This document shows, piece by piece, positions 33,218 through 47,072 of a stretch of DNA of 64,000 bases. The notes beneath the pieces are model-generated. The model saw nothing but the letters and a program-made list of their open reading frames with translations. It did not search any database and was not told the origin of the DNA. The position numbers were made by a program, and so were the translations under genes. The stretch comes from Malacoraja senta (Eukaryota), in the NCBI GenBank assembly GCA_038087875.1, contig CM075982.1:36766001-36830000 (forward strand), in the 5' to 3' direction. Position 1 is the stretch's first letter. Each line of letters begins with the position of its first letter.

Positions 33218-34078
33218 GCAAAGGGACACAGAGTGCTGCAGTAACTCAGCATATCAGGCAACATCTGTGGTGAATATGGATAGGCGATGTTGCGGGTCGC
33301 CGAATCCATACTTGGTCTTGCCGAAGTACAGGAGGTCACTTCGGGAACATCGGATGCAGTAGACGAGGTTAGAGAAGGTGTACGTGGACCTCTGTCTCAC
33401 CTGGAAGAAATGCTGGGGTCCCTGAATAGAGGCGAGAGAGGCGATAAAGGGACAGGTGTTACATCTGCAATTGTAGGGCAAAGTACCTGGGGAGGGGGCG
33501 ATTTGGGTGGGAATGGATGAGTGATCCAAGAAGTGGTGGAGGGAGCAGTCTCTGTGAAAGGGGTGGAGATGGGAAGATGTGACTGGTGGTGGGATCACAT
33601 TTGAGGTGATGGAAATAACGGAAGATGATATGTTGGATTGGGAGGCTGGTGGGGTGTCAGTCTAGGACCAGGGGAACTCTATCCCTGTTGCATCTGGGGA
33701 GGAGAGTGAGCGAAAGCAGAACTACGAGACAGAAGAGATGCAGGTGGGGGAATCCATCCATAACAAAAGGGACAAACCACGTTTACCAAAGAAAAGTCTT
33801 CTCTCACACCTGCTTTTATTGCTAGCCTTTGTTCCAACCATCTGCCTATCAAAAAGAAAACCTGCCCATGTCCACCTGTTACTTGCCACCCTTTCTCCTG
33901 CCTCTCCCCTTGTCCACCTTTCTTCTCCCCGCCCCCAAAAATAATCAGTCTGAAGTGGCTTGACCCAAAATGTTACCAATCCATGTTCTCCAGAAATGCT
34001 GCCTGACCTGCTGAGTTACTCCAGTACTTTATGTCCCTTTGATTATTAATCAGCATCTGCAGTTCCTTGTTTCTGCAT
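33218..34078. mobile_element. Penelope-like GIY-YIG fragment bracketed by inverted terminal repeats
   Basis: Minus ORF IQGPQHFFQVRQRSTYTFSNLVYCIRCSRSDLLYFGKTK; tails in opposite orientation at both ends; flanking repeat atccttaaatc. Confidence 0.85.
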
Positions 34079-34974
34079 CCTTAAATCCACATTCAAGTAC
34101 ATGTCATACTATGCATTTAGATAACTTTATTATTTCTACAATAGCACCTCTGCTCACAATAAGGAAAATATTGTACACAACCGTGTTATAGCCTGAATTT
34201 CCCAATGTTTGTGCACTCGGTTTGACCATCAAACATTTAAATTAGCTCATAGATTTTGCAGATCTTATTATACATATTTGGAATTAATTTAATTGTTTGG
34301 CTACTTTTACTCTAATTCGTAGGAAACAAACTTGGCATTGCCAGAATTAAGCACAGAGCCCTTAACCAGTCAGGAGAAATACAATATTAGCTAGTCTAAT
34401 AATTAGCAAGAGCTAGGCAACACAAACAACATCTCACCTGTCAAGGATTCAATGATTTAACGTGTCATTCCAGATTAATCTATCAGTCCTAATGAATCTT
34501 CAGTGTTACATGTATCAGCTTTGCAAAGATTGGGCTATCTTAGATCAAAATATTACTTTATCCATACATTTATCATGCTTGCCACACACAGATGAAGCCA
34601 GCAGACCATGATGGCACGACATATAGCGTTCAAGTTTAGGCTCCCTTCAATGTCAAGCTCCCTTTCATTTCCCTTGTAATCAACTACTCAAAAGTATTTG
34701 ATAAACCATGAATGAATTACATATATTTCCATAAATTTAAATTAGTTTTTAAGATCGTTATCTTCACAATCCCAATATTTTTGTCAAAAAGTTAAATCAA
34801 ACTAAAAGCCCCAAATAGTCATCTAAATATTAATAATTGGCACAGAGAACAGGTAAACAACAATCAAAACATCTGCCTGTTGGTTTTGAAATTAATTGGA
34901 ACAAGAAACTCTAACACTACAGAATTCAATGTCTAGTCTGCCTCAAGGTCAGTAGGAAAGTAGGTCAGGAGACA

Positions 34975-35112
34975 CCTGGCACTGCAAGTGCTGGAATCTT
35001 TTCCTCCATAGCACAATCAGTCTGAAGAAGGGTCCCAACCAGAAAAGTCACATCCATTCCTTCCACAGATGCTACCTAACCCACTGAGTTACGTCAGTAC
35101 TTGCATTTTGTT
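34975..35112. mobile_element. Penelope-derived terminal repeat / fold-back
   Basis: actgcaagtgctggaatc..cagtctgaagaagggtcccaacc..ccactgagttac. Confidence 0.65.
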
Positions 35113-36939
35113 TAGGAAAAGCCTGTTACGAGATGATAAAGGCTTTCAAGTGGATACTGACCTGATTAAGTGGAAAGTAAGATCACAGCAGATGGGACAC
35201 AATGATAGGGAAGATACAATGGTAATGAAAATATGAAATTATCTACTTCGGTATTTAAGTGTTTTTTGTAATGGTATTCTGGCATTTTGTGTTCTTTATG
35301 CAAGGATTATTAAAAGGAATGCTTTGGTAGGATAATATAAGGCTTTTGAATCTACAAGCACTGCATAGTTTGCATTTTTCAAGGAGGGATATATTTCATC
35401 AGATAAGAGGACTGTATTTTGTGCAGAAATCAAGTGGAATGAAGCTATGTTCTCTACAGTTTAGAAGAACAGATGACTTAATGAAACATAAAATTTGAGA
35501 ATGTCGGTGTTCAATGAATTAATATTTGAGAACCACAAATTATGTCAACAAATTAGAACTGCAATGAAGAGAAAATTCAAAGTTCCTGAATCTTTGGAAT
35601 TCTGTATCCCAAAGCAATACTCAGTGACAGAGTTTATTCAAGGCTGAGTGTTTTGATACAGGGTATTAAGAGATTTCATTCCATCGCATGAAATTCAGAG
35701 AAATTCAGCCACCACATGAAATGACAGAGCTGGTTCACAGGTCCCAAATATCATTCTTATAAAAATGAAGGATTTTGACAACCAACATCATTCAGGAACA
35801 CACTGCTTGGGAACATTGGGATGTTTTCCTTAAATGATAGCCATGTCGAAAAATGCAGCCTCTGAATATTTTAGTACACTAATCTTTAGTGCATGCAACA
35901 TCAGTTAACCAACTCTAGTCCTGTCAGATTTGCATCGTGCATATAAAATCTGTAAATGCCACCTTGTTTTTTTAAAATATAATCAATTCAAAGTGCTACC
36001 TCATTTTCAAGTTTCATTATGTAAGCCTGAAATGTTGGTTTGCACAAGAGACAGTCCATAGTTAAAATGCCCAAATCAAGTATTTATGCAAACTGGTGTC
36101 TTTCTGCCAAAAAATCCAATCCAGTAATGTACAAGGTCACTGCTGGAACTGAAAACTGCATCAGCACAACAAGTGAAACACTGGTTTAAAAAAAGTCATG
36201 CTGTTAAAACTATGTAGAACATAGTACAACCAGATATAATCAATAAAAATAGCTTAATTGAAATTAGCCTTGGTGCTCATTATTATAGACAGCCGTAGAT
36301 TTCTCAGATGTTAAATTACAGCTCATACAGTATTCTATAAACACAACGAGAAATGGTTTCCATGTACTTTTGCTTATTTAATTTTATGTCTAGCTTCATT
36401 GATCTTACTGTTTCTGCATATTTGGTTTTTGTGGGACAATAGTACTTTTGGTAAATTCTCATCGTTATTTTCTCATTGGTAATTCCACCTTGCACACTAC
36501 ACTTTAGATTATTTTGCTCATGAGCACTTCAGTACGTTGGGTAAATACCAATATAGCTGTGAAGAAACACAAGAAAATACGCACCAGTGTGGAAAAGGGA
36601 AAGAGGAGATTTTATATTATATTTTATGATTTTATTTTACATATAATGTGTGTCCATGTTTTGCATACCAACAATATGACAACCACTATCATAGGAAACA
36701 GATGGTTGCCCAGCAGCCAGAACATGTGCTATTTAATGACCCAAGCCTTTCGTTCCTTCAGTCCAAGTTGATACATTGGTTATATACATTGGTTAGCATG
36801 CATCGAAAAGCCAATAAAAATTTAACGATTCAGAATTACAGCAACGTCAACCAATTCCACATGATCTTTGATTAATGCCAAACCTCAGCACGTGAATCAT
36901 GCAAATGATCACTCCAGCTATTTTCACAATTTAGTGACT

Positions 36940-37985
36940 CAAGGAACTGCAGGTGCAAGAGCTAAAAATAATGTTGAAGGAAATAATGTTGGAGGAGCTC
37001 AGCGGGTTAGGCAGCACCTGTAGAGGGAAATAAACAGATGACATTTCAGGACAGGACTCTTCTTCAAGACTGGATTAGCGGGGAGATCACCTGTAGAAAG
37101 AGGCAAGATAGAGGTGCAAAAGAGATGGGGAAGGGTCACTGAAATTGGAGAATTCACTGGCCGTGCCGTTGGGTTGTAGGTTTATTCAAGAGGTGCAGTA
37201 CTTCAATAATGTGTATGGCATCACTCTGACAAGGGAAGACCCCACGTTAATTTGGATTGCGAATAGGAAGGGGAATAGAAGTGGATTGCCACCTAGAGCA
37301 ACATACACAAGCCCTGGCATACACCAGCAAAAGAGTTTCCTGGTCTACATTTGATCTCACTGAAAGCACGTAATGCAACAGACGAGGATGGAGGTGGTGC
37401 ATGTAAACTTGTCTCACCTAAAGGGCTGTTTAGATCCTCAAATGGAAGTGAGGAAGGGTAGAGTCAGACAGACGTTGCACCTCCATTGTGAGAGTAAAGC
37501 TATCTGCAAACTGGAAGAACAGCAACTTGAATTCCTTTTGAGTAGCTTATAACCAACAACATAAGCATTGAATTGTTCAATTTCAGGTAAATACACTCCT
37601 CATCCCCCACTTCTCCCCTAATCCATTCAGGTCCTCTTACACACACCTTTCTTTCCATTTCCGTCGCCAAGTTCCTTTTTCCTCCTCCTTTCCCCTCCTC
37701 CTACTCAACTCCCATCCCTACCTCCTCCGGGGTCCCCTATTCTCCCCCTCCCATCTACCTACATCCCGCCCTCTGGCTCTAGGTATCACCATATATTCAT
37801 CCTTCGCTCTCCAACTGGATTCATCTGCCAATCAACCTCACCTTACCTGGATCCATCATGTGCCAGCTATCCCCCCCCCCCCTATACTTCAGTCTTGAAA
37901 GGTACCAACACACAGCATTATTTGTCCATTTCCCTTCCGAGATGCCGCCTGACCCACTGAGTTACTCCAGCAGTCTATTTTTTAT
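36940..37985. mobile_element. Penelope-like element with inversion (minus 36940-37480, plus 37490-37985)
   Basis: Same 3' ORF end (aaactggaagaacagc..attgaatt) present in both orientations, terminal repeats outermost. Confidence 0.7.
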
Positions 37986-38837
37986 TTTCACAAATTGTAT
38001 TTATTAATTCACCATTTTTTGATGCTTAATCAAGTAATATACATTTGCTCTGCAATGTTTCTGAACCTGTGAAATTCAAAGTGAAAAGTTAAATTTATGA
38101 GAACGCGGATGACACAATCCAAACACTGAATCGATTGTTATGTTAATTCTGAAATCAACTCTGAATACTGGGAGCAATGTGTTGTTGAATGATCTGGTTT
38201 TAATGTACATATAATTGATGTTCTTAGTATCTCTGTATTATGCCCTTCAACAATAAACTGAAATAGTATCGAGCTTTAATTCATCTATTCCACAAGCAAT
38301 TTAAGGACTAAAAAAACCTAATTCAAAAGAAGGCCTACTTTGTGAGATAAAATTAACACACTTCACATTCATGCCCACAGGTTCACCTCAGGTTTTGGGA
38401 CGCGAGCTTCTCTGGTTACACCAGGATTTATTCCCCATTCTTTAATGTCCTCAAGAAGATGGTGGTCTTTATGCTGCAGTCTTCCTGGTGAATGTATCGC
38501 TGCAGTGCTATTGAACACAAAGTTCAAGGATTTAGATCCAACAAATGAAGTGGCAATATTATTGTAAATCGGACAGTGTTCTGGTCATAACACAACCTGC
38601 GGAGTGCGGAGAGGGACTGCATTTGTTTTAAGCAGTTGGAAAATATTCCAGTGCACTCCTAATTTCTATTTGTAAGTGATGATATTGCCATAGGATTCCC
38701 AACCTTTGTGGGGAAATGAGAGGGAAAGAAATGTATTTGTTAAATTTTATTATTAGGTATCATAGTTGAGAAAGTGATAAACTAAGTAGAGGTTAGATGT
38801 ATAAACCAAGTTGAATCAAAGTTAAGAGAAGCAAATG

Positions 38838-39055
38838 CAAAATTCTCTGCCTCAGAGGGTGGTGGAGGCAGGTTCTCTGGATGCTTTCAAGAGAGAGCTA
38901 GATAGGGCTCTTAAAATAGCGGAGTCAGGGGATATGGGGAGAAAGCAGGAACAGGGTACTGATTGGGGATGATCAGCCATGATCACATTGAATGGCGGTG
39001 CTGGCTCGAAGGGCCGAATGGCCTACTCCTGCACCTATTGTCTAGTGTCTATTGA
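38838..39055 (+). mobile_element. Young CR1 3' end
   Basis: aattctctgcctcagagggtggtggaggc..gggccgaatggcctactcctgcacctattgtcta. Confidence 0.9.
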
Positions 39056-40037
39056 GTCCAGACCTGAAACATTGCCTGTCCATTCCCTCCACAGATGCTG
39101 CCCAACCCGCTGAGCTCCTCCAGGACTTTGTTTTGTGCAACCTACAGTAGTTGTACAACATTTATCTGTGCTCCACCTTCACTTGTGGAGCAAAATACAT
39201 GACTCAACATACTATATTTGTACTAAATCTATTGCACAACTTTTCCAGTAGTTTAGTTAGATACAATTAGTCTCCACGGCTGAAGAATTTGTCAACAAGG
39301 AGCATACTTGCATTGCACTTTCATTCACACTGAAGCTCAAATCAGCAACAAATGTAATCCAATACATCTCAAGGGTATTAAATCTTGCTGGCTCAATTAA
39401 TAACAACACTAAATGTTCTATGCAAACTCTTAGTTCCAAAGTTTACTCTATCAGTGACCTTCCATTAAAGATCAAATGAAACTGGTGTATAAATGCCTTA
39501 TTGTATCACCAACTCCCAGGTTGGTTATCAATTTATTTCAAAAACTGTTTTAATATTAAGTAAAGATAAGAACTATAGATGCTGGAATCTAAAATAAAAA
39601 CAGAAAATGCTGGGAATACTCTGCAGGTCAGACTGTATCTGCTGGAAGAAAAACAGAGTTAACATTTCAGCTCAAAGATCTTTCATCATTTTAATATATT
39701 TTTTAATATAAAGCCATTATCCTTTTGGATTGATCCTAATTCTTCATTTACCAGATAATCAACCATGAGTACTTCACAACTAGAAGTGACTGACATTGCT
39801 CCCTCATATAGCTCAACTTGAAAATCCAGCCATCTATAACCCAAGCTGTAAAGTTGACTATTTTTCCACAGTTTGTCAAATAAGTATTACATTAGATTTG
39901 GTAAAATCCCACCACCCCCAGTGCAATTATAATACAGAAATATTTTTAGATGCAAGCTCATCTCCTCTGGCACTGGTAAGTCAAAACGAGGCACAGGATA
40001 CAAGATCACCCTGAGAAAAAAATCATAAAATAGGGAC

Positions 40038-40327
40038 TTTAGTTTTAGTTTAGTTTGGAGATACAGCATGGAAACATGCCCTTCGGCCAACTGAGTCCAC
40101 GCTGACCAGCAATCCCTATACACTAGTTCTATCCAACAGACCAGAGACAATTTACAGAAGCCAATTAACCTACAAGTTGCACGCCACTGGGAAACTAGAG
40201 CACCTGGAGAAAACCCATGCGGTCACAGGGAGAACATACAAACTCCATACAGACCCGTAGCCAGGATCGAACCCGGATCTCTGTCACTGTAAGGAAGCAA
40301 CTCTATTGCTGCGCCATAGTGCCGCCC
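40038..40327 (-). mobile_element. HE1-type V-SINE
   Basis: (tttag)n tail, ggagatacagcatggaaac..ggatcgaacccgg..gtgccgccc. Confidence 0.9.
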
Positions 40328-40349
40328 ACTACTGTTTAAGAGTAGAGAT

Positions 40350-40995
40350 CCAAGTGTAATCTTCAAATTAAGTAAATGACATATTGGTCTTTATTACAAA
40401 CGGACTGGAGTTTAGAAATAGGTTTTAGAAATTGTTACAATTGCACAGGGTGTAGGTGTGGCCACATCTAGAGTAATATGCACGTTTATCTTTCCTTTAC
40501 CCAAGAAAGGATATAGTAGCATTATAAGCAGTCCAAAGGAGATTCATCAGGCTAATTTCTGTGATAAGGGGATAATCCTATCAAGAGACATTAAACATGT
40601 TGAGCCTGTATTCTTTCGAGTTTAGTTGAGAAGGGATATCGTAATGAAGCATACAAAATTCTAAAAGTGCAACTGGGGTTTTATGCCGAGATGTTTTCAC
40701 TCGTGGGGGAGTCTCATTCAAGGGAACAGTTCCAGGGTGAAGAGTAGTTATTTAAAGCTATTAGAGAAATTTATTGAACCCAGAATCATCAGAAATCTCT
40801 ACCCGAGAATTATGAAGGCCAAATTATTATAGTATTATAAAGTGGAAATTGCTAAATATTTTAAAAGATTAGGGATTGAGATCTGCAGGAGTCTGGCATA
40901 GAGAAGCAGTTGAGACTGGGGTAGATCACGATCACACTGAATGATGCGGCAGGTGAAGGGTTGGATGGCTTACTTCTGCTGTTATTATGTTTTTT
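40350..40995 (+). mobile_element. Degenerate CR1 3' end
   Basis: ggccacatctagagta..gtccaaaggagattcatcaggctaatt..cttacttctgct. Confidence 0.75.
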
Positions 40996-41137
40996 CTGTG
41001 AAGTAATATACCTTAAAACATTTTCAATTTCTCCATAATTAATAAAATTAGAATCTGAGAATTAAAGAGAACTAATTACAGGAAAGGAATTTCTCTGCAG
41101 TCCCACATGAACAGCTACACCATCACTAATGTTTATA

Positions 41138-41318
41138 CAGCGCCCTCCATAATGTTTGGGACAAAGACCCGTCATTTATTTATTTGCCTCTGTACTCCAC
41201 AATTTGAGATTTGTAATAGAAAAGAAAAGGAAAAAAAATCACATGTGGTTAAAGTGCACATTGTCAGATTTCGTTAAAGGCTATTTTTATACATTTTGGT
41301 TTCACCATGTAGAAATTA
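41138..41318 (+). mobile_element. Tc1-like left TIR fragment
   Basis: TA|CAGCGCCCTCCATAATGTTTGGGAC; near-identical to 42261-42370. Confidence 0.65.
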
Positions 41319-41417
41319 GATAGAGTTAAAACAAGAGAAAAGTGCAGATTAGAATTTCAATATATTTAAGTAAGAGAGCTCTGGTTTAAATATAGCAAAA
41401 CAAATATTAAAATGCTC

Positions 41418-41932
41418 ATAAGATAGACACAAAGTGCTGGAATAACTCAATGGGTCAGACAGCATGTCTGGAGAGAAAAAAGATGAATGGCGATACAGGT
41501 CAGGCCCTTAAGACTGAAAGGGGGTTGGGGTGGGGTGGGGGAGGTGAAGAGCTGCAGGTGATAAAAGACCAGGACCGATCAGGGCCAGCCACAAATGATC
41601 TCAGGCAGGGCATTGACTGGTAGGTTCATTGCTGCCTAGGGAAACTGATCTTAAGAGAAACAGTGGAGACCTGGGGATCTTTTTAAATGACATGGGAAAA
41701 AGGTGGGATGGGGTATCGGAGGGATGTATGAGACGCAGTTACTGAAAATTAGATAATTCAATGTTCATACCACTGGGTTATATGCTACCCAAGTGAAATA
41801 TTCCCCTCACCTACCCCCTCTCCTCCTCCCTAATTCCTAGTCTTCTCCAGAGTTACTGCCTGACCCGCTGAGTTACTCCAGCACTGTGTCTATCTTTGGT
41901 ATAAACCTGCATCTGCAGTTCTTTGTTTCTAG
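41418..41932. mobile_element. Penelope-derived element with inverted tails
   Basis: tgctggaataactc.. and ..gagttactccagc; short flanking repeat aaatgct. Confidence 0.75.
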
Positions 41933-42260
41933 ATTTAAATGCTAATGTATGCAAAAGAGTTTGGGTAAATTAAAGATGCCCACTGACAAACAGTTGGCTG
42001 TGCATATTGGAGAAATAGCAAAATCTCAAACTCTAATTTTCAAAGAAAATCAATTTTTGTTCAACTGCTGTTCATCCTGTGAAATTATTTATTCAAAAAT
42101 CGATAATGGATCGAAAAGTTAGATGTACCAAATGGCAGATATGCTTATTGGTTCCCATCCAGAGGTTTCAAAGAAAACTAGTCAATAAATAGTTGCAGAT
42201 GGAGTAACTCAAATGCTGGAGTAACTCAGCGGGTCAGGCAGCATCTCTGGAGAAAAATAA

Positions 42261-42370
42261 CAGTGCCCTCCATAATGTTTGGGACAAAGACCCATCATTT
42301 ATTTATTTGCCTCTGTACTCCACAATTTGAGATTTGTAATAGAAAAAAATGTGGTTAAAGTGCACATTCT
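42261..42370 (+). mobile_element. Tc1-like left TIR fragment (second direct copy)
   Basis: cagtgccctccataatgtttgggacaaagaccc. Confidence 0.65.
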
Positions 42371-43254
42371 AAATGACTACAGAAAGAAACATGTACATTT
42401 TAATTGCTGTTAAACCACCATTTGTTATTCAGCAGGATCTTTGGAGCAGGGATAACAAAAGTTGAATTTTCCCCTTTTATGCAGAGAGGGTTTACTTGGC
42501 TAAGAAAAATTCTGTCACCATAGACAAGCATTAAAAATCTTACAAGTTCCTGGCTGTTGCAGTTTACCTTACCACAATATACCAAAAGGAGACGCCATTC
42601 ATCTCCCACCGTGGCACGTCTCTGAATGCTTTCAAATTAGTCCCACTCCTTAATTTCTTTCTTATACGTTGACAACATTTTTATTTTTAAATTTCCTTTA
42701 CAAAGTTACTGTAGAAACAGATTCTACCATCTTTTCTTGAAAATGGTTGCGAGAGGAACATGACTAGCAGCTCAATGTTCCGGGATTTCGATGTTTCAAA
42801 CGTGATGGAGATGGAGGGAAAAGAGGTGGAGGAATTGCGTTACTAATCAGAGAGACTGTAACGGAGGCACTCAAAGAGGACATACTGAAAGGTTCGTCTG
42901 TTGAGGTAATACGGGTAAATCTTTAAAATAAGAAAGGTGCAAAGGGATTATACTATAGTCCTCAAATAGCAAACGGGAGATAGAGGAACAGATATGTAGA
43001 CAGATTACATAAAGATGCCAAACAATACGGTTGACATTAACTTCCCCAATATTGACTGGGACCTCCTACTCAGTACCAAAAGCTTAGAATTTGTTAGGAG
43101 CATCCAAGAGGATTTCTTGCAACAGTATGTGAATAGTCCAACCCAAGAAGGGAACATACAGGATCTTGTGTCGGAATATGTGCCTAGCTCAGTGACTGCT
43201 GTTACAGTGGAAGAGCATTTTGGGGTAGTGATCACAACTCTAAGTTTTAATGTG

Positions 43255-44180
43255 TAAGATGGAACTGCAGATGCTAGTTTAAACTGAAGATAAACATAAA
43301 ATGCTGGAGTAACTCAGCTAGACAGGCAGCATCTCTGGAGGGAAGGAATGGGTGACAATAGACATTAGGTGCAGGAGTAGGCCATTTGGCCCTTCGAGCC
43401 AGCACCGCCATTCACTGTGGTCATGGCTGATCATCCACAAACAGTACCCCGTTCCTGCCTTCTCCCCATATCCCTTGACTCTGCTATCTTTAAGAGCTTT
43501 AAATCTCTCTTAAAAGCATCAAGAGAATCAGCCTCCACTGCCTTCTGAGGCAGAGAATTCCACAGATTCACAACTCCCTGGGTGAAAAAGTTTTTTCTCA
43601 TCTCCATTCTAAATGGCCTACCTCTTATTCTTAAACTGTGGCCCCTGGTTCTAGACTCGCCCAATATTGGGAATATGTTTCCCGCTCTAGAGTGTCCAAT
43701 CCCATAATAATCTGAAAATGTTTCAATAAGATTCCCTCTCATCCTTCTAAATTCCAGTATATTCAAGCCCAGTCGCTCCATTCTATCAACATACGACAGT
43801 CCCGCCATCCCGGGAATTAACCTCGTGAACCTACGCTGCACTCCCTCAATAGCAAGAATGTCCTTCCTCAAATTTGGAGACCAAAACTGCACACAATACT
43901 CCAGGTGTGGTGTCACTAGGGCCCTGTGCAACTACAGAAGGACTTCTTTGCTCCTATATTCAACTCCTCTTATTATGAAGGCCAACATGCCATTAGCTTT
44001 CTTCACTGCCTGTTATACCTGCATGCTTACTTTCAGTGACTGATGAACAAGGCCCTCAGATCTCATATTTCAGGTGGAGACCCTTCTTCAGACCCTATCT
44101 CGACTCGAAATGTCACCCATTCCTTCTATTCAGAGATGTTGCCTGTCCCGCTGTGTTACTTCAGCATTGTGTCTATCTTT
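43255..44180. mobile_element. Penelope-derived fold-back element containing a CR1 insertion
   Basis: Left arm 43255-43356, right arm 44070-44180; flanking taagtttt duplication. Confidence 0.75.
43357..44065 (-). mobile_element. Young CR1 3' end
   Basis: PHLEYCVQFWSPNLRKDILAIEGVQRRFTRLIPGM..RTRGHSLRI..FFTQGVVNLWNSLP. Confidence 0.95.
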
Positions 44181-46235
44181 CATAAGTTTTTTAATTGTTT
44201 TCAATAGGGAGAAGGGTGGACCATGAGGGAAGTTACTAAATTGGAGTAAGGCAAATTATAACGTTATTTGACAGGAGCTCGGGAGAGTACAGTGAGATCA
44301 GTTGTTATTCGGCAAGTACACACCTGACATTTGGGAGTCGTTTAAAGGCAAGTTGATCAAAATTCAAGACTGGCGTGTTCCAGTAAAGAGAAAGGCAAAG
44401 TAAGAGAACTTTGGATGACCAAAGAGGTTATAAATTTGGTCAAACAGAAAAAAGTACATGCAAGGTTTAAGAGGATAGAATCAGCCAGAGCCTTTGATGA
44501 ATATAAAGAAAAAAGGAAAGAGCTCAAGCGAGAGTTTAGAAGGGCCAAAAGGGTCCACAAGTTGGCTTTAGCAAGTTGAATTCCCAAATCCCAAAGCTTT
44601 TTAAACAAGAGGGTAACCAGGAAGAATGTAAGACCGTTCAAGATAAAGGCAGGAATTCGTTCTTGAAGTCAGGGGATTATAGACAGGGTACTAATTGAGT
44701 ACTTTGTGCCTGTCTTCATCAAGGAAGACAGCGAGGTCAGTGTGGAGAATACCAATATGCAAGGGCAGTTTCATGTTAAGGACGGGGTGGTGTTGGGGGC
44801 TCTTGAAGAGCATAAGGTGGATATATCCCCAGGACCTGATGGGATCTATCCAGGGTTATTGAGAGAGGCAAGAAGGGAGATTGTAGGAGTTTTGAAGATC
44901 TCCTGTCTCCTCCTGTTTGTGTCTTATCTGGCCACAGGCAAGATCTCGGAGGACTGGAAAGTGGCTAATGTTGTTCCTTTGTTTAAGAAGGGAAGTAGAG
45001 AGAATCCAGGGAATTATGGGCCGGTGAGTGTAACATCAATGGTAGTGAAGCTATTGGAGAAGATTCTTCAGTATAGTATTTACTCCCTTTTGACAGATAG
45101 TAGGTTAATCAGCAACAGTCAGCATGATTTTGTTCACAAGTGGGTCTTACTAAATTGATCAAGTTTTCTGAGGGTGTAATGAAGGTTATTGATGAGGATA
45201 CAGCGGTGAATGTTGTCCACATGGATTTAATAAGGCATTTGATAACGTCGCCCTTCGTAGGCTAGTCCAGAAGATTAAGATGCAGGGAATTAATGACTTC
45301 CTTATGTGAATTCGGAAATGTCTTAGAAGATAGAAAGTTGTGGTGGAAGGACAATATTCAGCTGGAGGTCTGTGACTAGAGGAGTTCCACTGGGATCTCT
45401 GTTCGGACCGCTGGTGTTCGTGAAATATATTAATGACTCAAATGTAAAGGTAGACGGGTTGCTTAGTAAATTTACAGATTACACCAAGATTGCTGCTGGG
45501 GTCACTTAAATGAGAGGCAGGCCGTCAAAGTATACAGCGGATATAGTTTAGCTGCAGAAATGGCAAATGGAGTTTACTCCAAGCAAGTGCAAAGTGTTGC
45601 ATTTTGGGAGGCCAAATGTAAGAGGAAAATATACAATTAATGGCATAACCCTGTACCAATTCCCTAAAAGTGGCAACATAAGTAGATAGAGTAGTAAAGA
45701 AGGCTTATGGTATGCTTGATAGGAGCATTGAGTACAATAGTCAGGAAGTCATATTATGCAATGAGTTGGAATATTGTGTGCAGATCTGGTTACAAGAAGG
45801 ATGTGGAGGCTTTGGAAAAAGTGTAGAGGTGATTTACCAGACTAATGCCTGGATGAGGGGATATTAGCTGCAGGGAAAGGTTGGCCATACTTGGATTGTT
45901 TCTCTGCCACACCGGAGGTTGCAGGGAGACCTGATAGCAGTATATAAAATGATGAGAGGCATAGATAAGGTAAATAGACAGACCCTTTCTTCACCCTGAT
46001 GGAAAAATCAAATACTAGAGAGAAGTACAACATTTAAAGGAGATGTGTGGGGCAAGTGTTTTTTTTTTACACACAGTGGTGAGTGCCAAGAACGTGCTGC
46101 CGGGGGCAGTGATTGAGACAGATATGACAGTGACATTTAAAAACAACTTTGGATAGAAACGTGGATATGGAATGGAAGGATATGGATTGTGTGCAGACAA
46201 ATAGGATTTGGTCTTGGCATCATGTGTGGCACAGA

Positions 46236-47072
46236 CATTTTGTTTTTTTTAGTATGTTTTAGTGTATGGTTTTAATGTTTCTTGGTGTGTCTTGTGTGGG
46301 GGGTGGTGTGGGGGGGTAAGGGGGAAACCTCCATGGAGAGGCGACTTTTTCCATGTCGCCTCCCCCGTGGCCTAACAACAAGGATCGGCGCGGCTGTTCC
46401 CGGAGACGCGCCTGGGGCTTCAGCTGCGGGTGCAGCGTGGACACTCGGCGTGGAGCGGGCGAGCCCTCGCTGGGGCTCGCCGGAGGGGAGCGCTCCGTTC
46501 GCTGGCCCGCGGCAGCCTGAAGCCGCGGTCTGCAGAGCTGCAGCTAGCGCGGCGTCTGCAGCCCGGGATCTCACGTTGGGGACCCGGGGAGAAGAAGAAG
46601 CCACCACCGCCGGCCCTCGGCCAACTTCTACCGCGGGCGCGGCGGCGACTTACCATCAGGAGCGGGGTCCCTCGCTGGGGATCTCTGGAGGGGAGCTCCG
46701 ACTGCCGGCCCTGCAGTCTACGGTGCTTCTGGCTGCGGCACGAACTTTAAATCTCCAACCGCCGGCCTGCACCAACTTGAAGCTGCGGTCTCCGGTGGGG
46801 AAGAGCCGATTCTGGACTTACCTGGACTTTTTACCTTGTCTGCACATCTGGATGCCCACAGCGACGGCTGCGGAGGGTTGAGGTCCCGACCATGGGGGAA
46901 AATGGAGGAGAACTGGCCAAATTTTTGTGCCTTCCACCACAGTGATGAATGCGGTGGGGGATGTTTGTGTTAATTTTTTGATGTGTTTTTGTGTGTTATT
47001 TTTCATTGTACCGCTGCTGGCAAATTCATTTCACTTGCACTTTATGTGCAATGTGACGAATAAAACTGATTG
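46236..47072 (+). mobile_element. GC-rich non-autonomous retroposon family, copy 4
   Basis: Inserted in CR1 tail (gacatt duplicated); ggggaaac, gcctaac, ccgaccatggggg, gccttccaccacagtg, tail atttcacttgcac..gtgacgaataaa. Confidence 0.75.

Noticed and set aside
36400-36560. Strong minus-strand acceptor followed by YIGIY (HTRA PDZ-like start)
   Set aside because: The frame stops after 8 codons and does not match YIGVMMLTL
46272-46881. Several Ala/Arg/Pro-rich ORFs
   Set aside because: Stop-poor GC-rich middle of the retroposon family; frames are not conserved among copies
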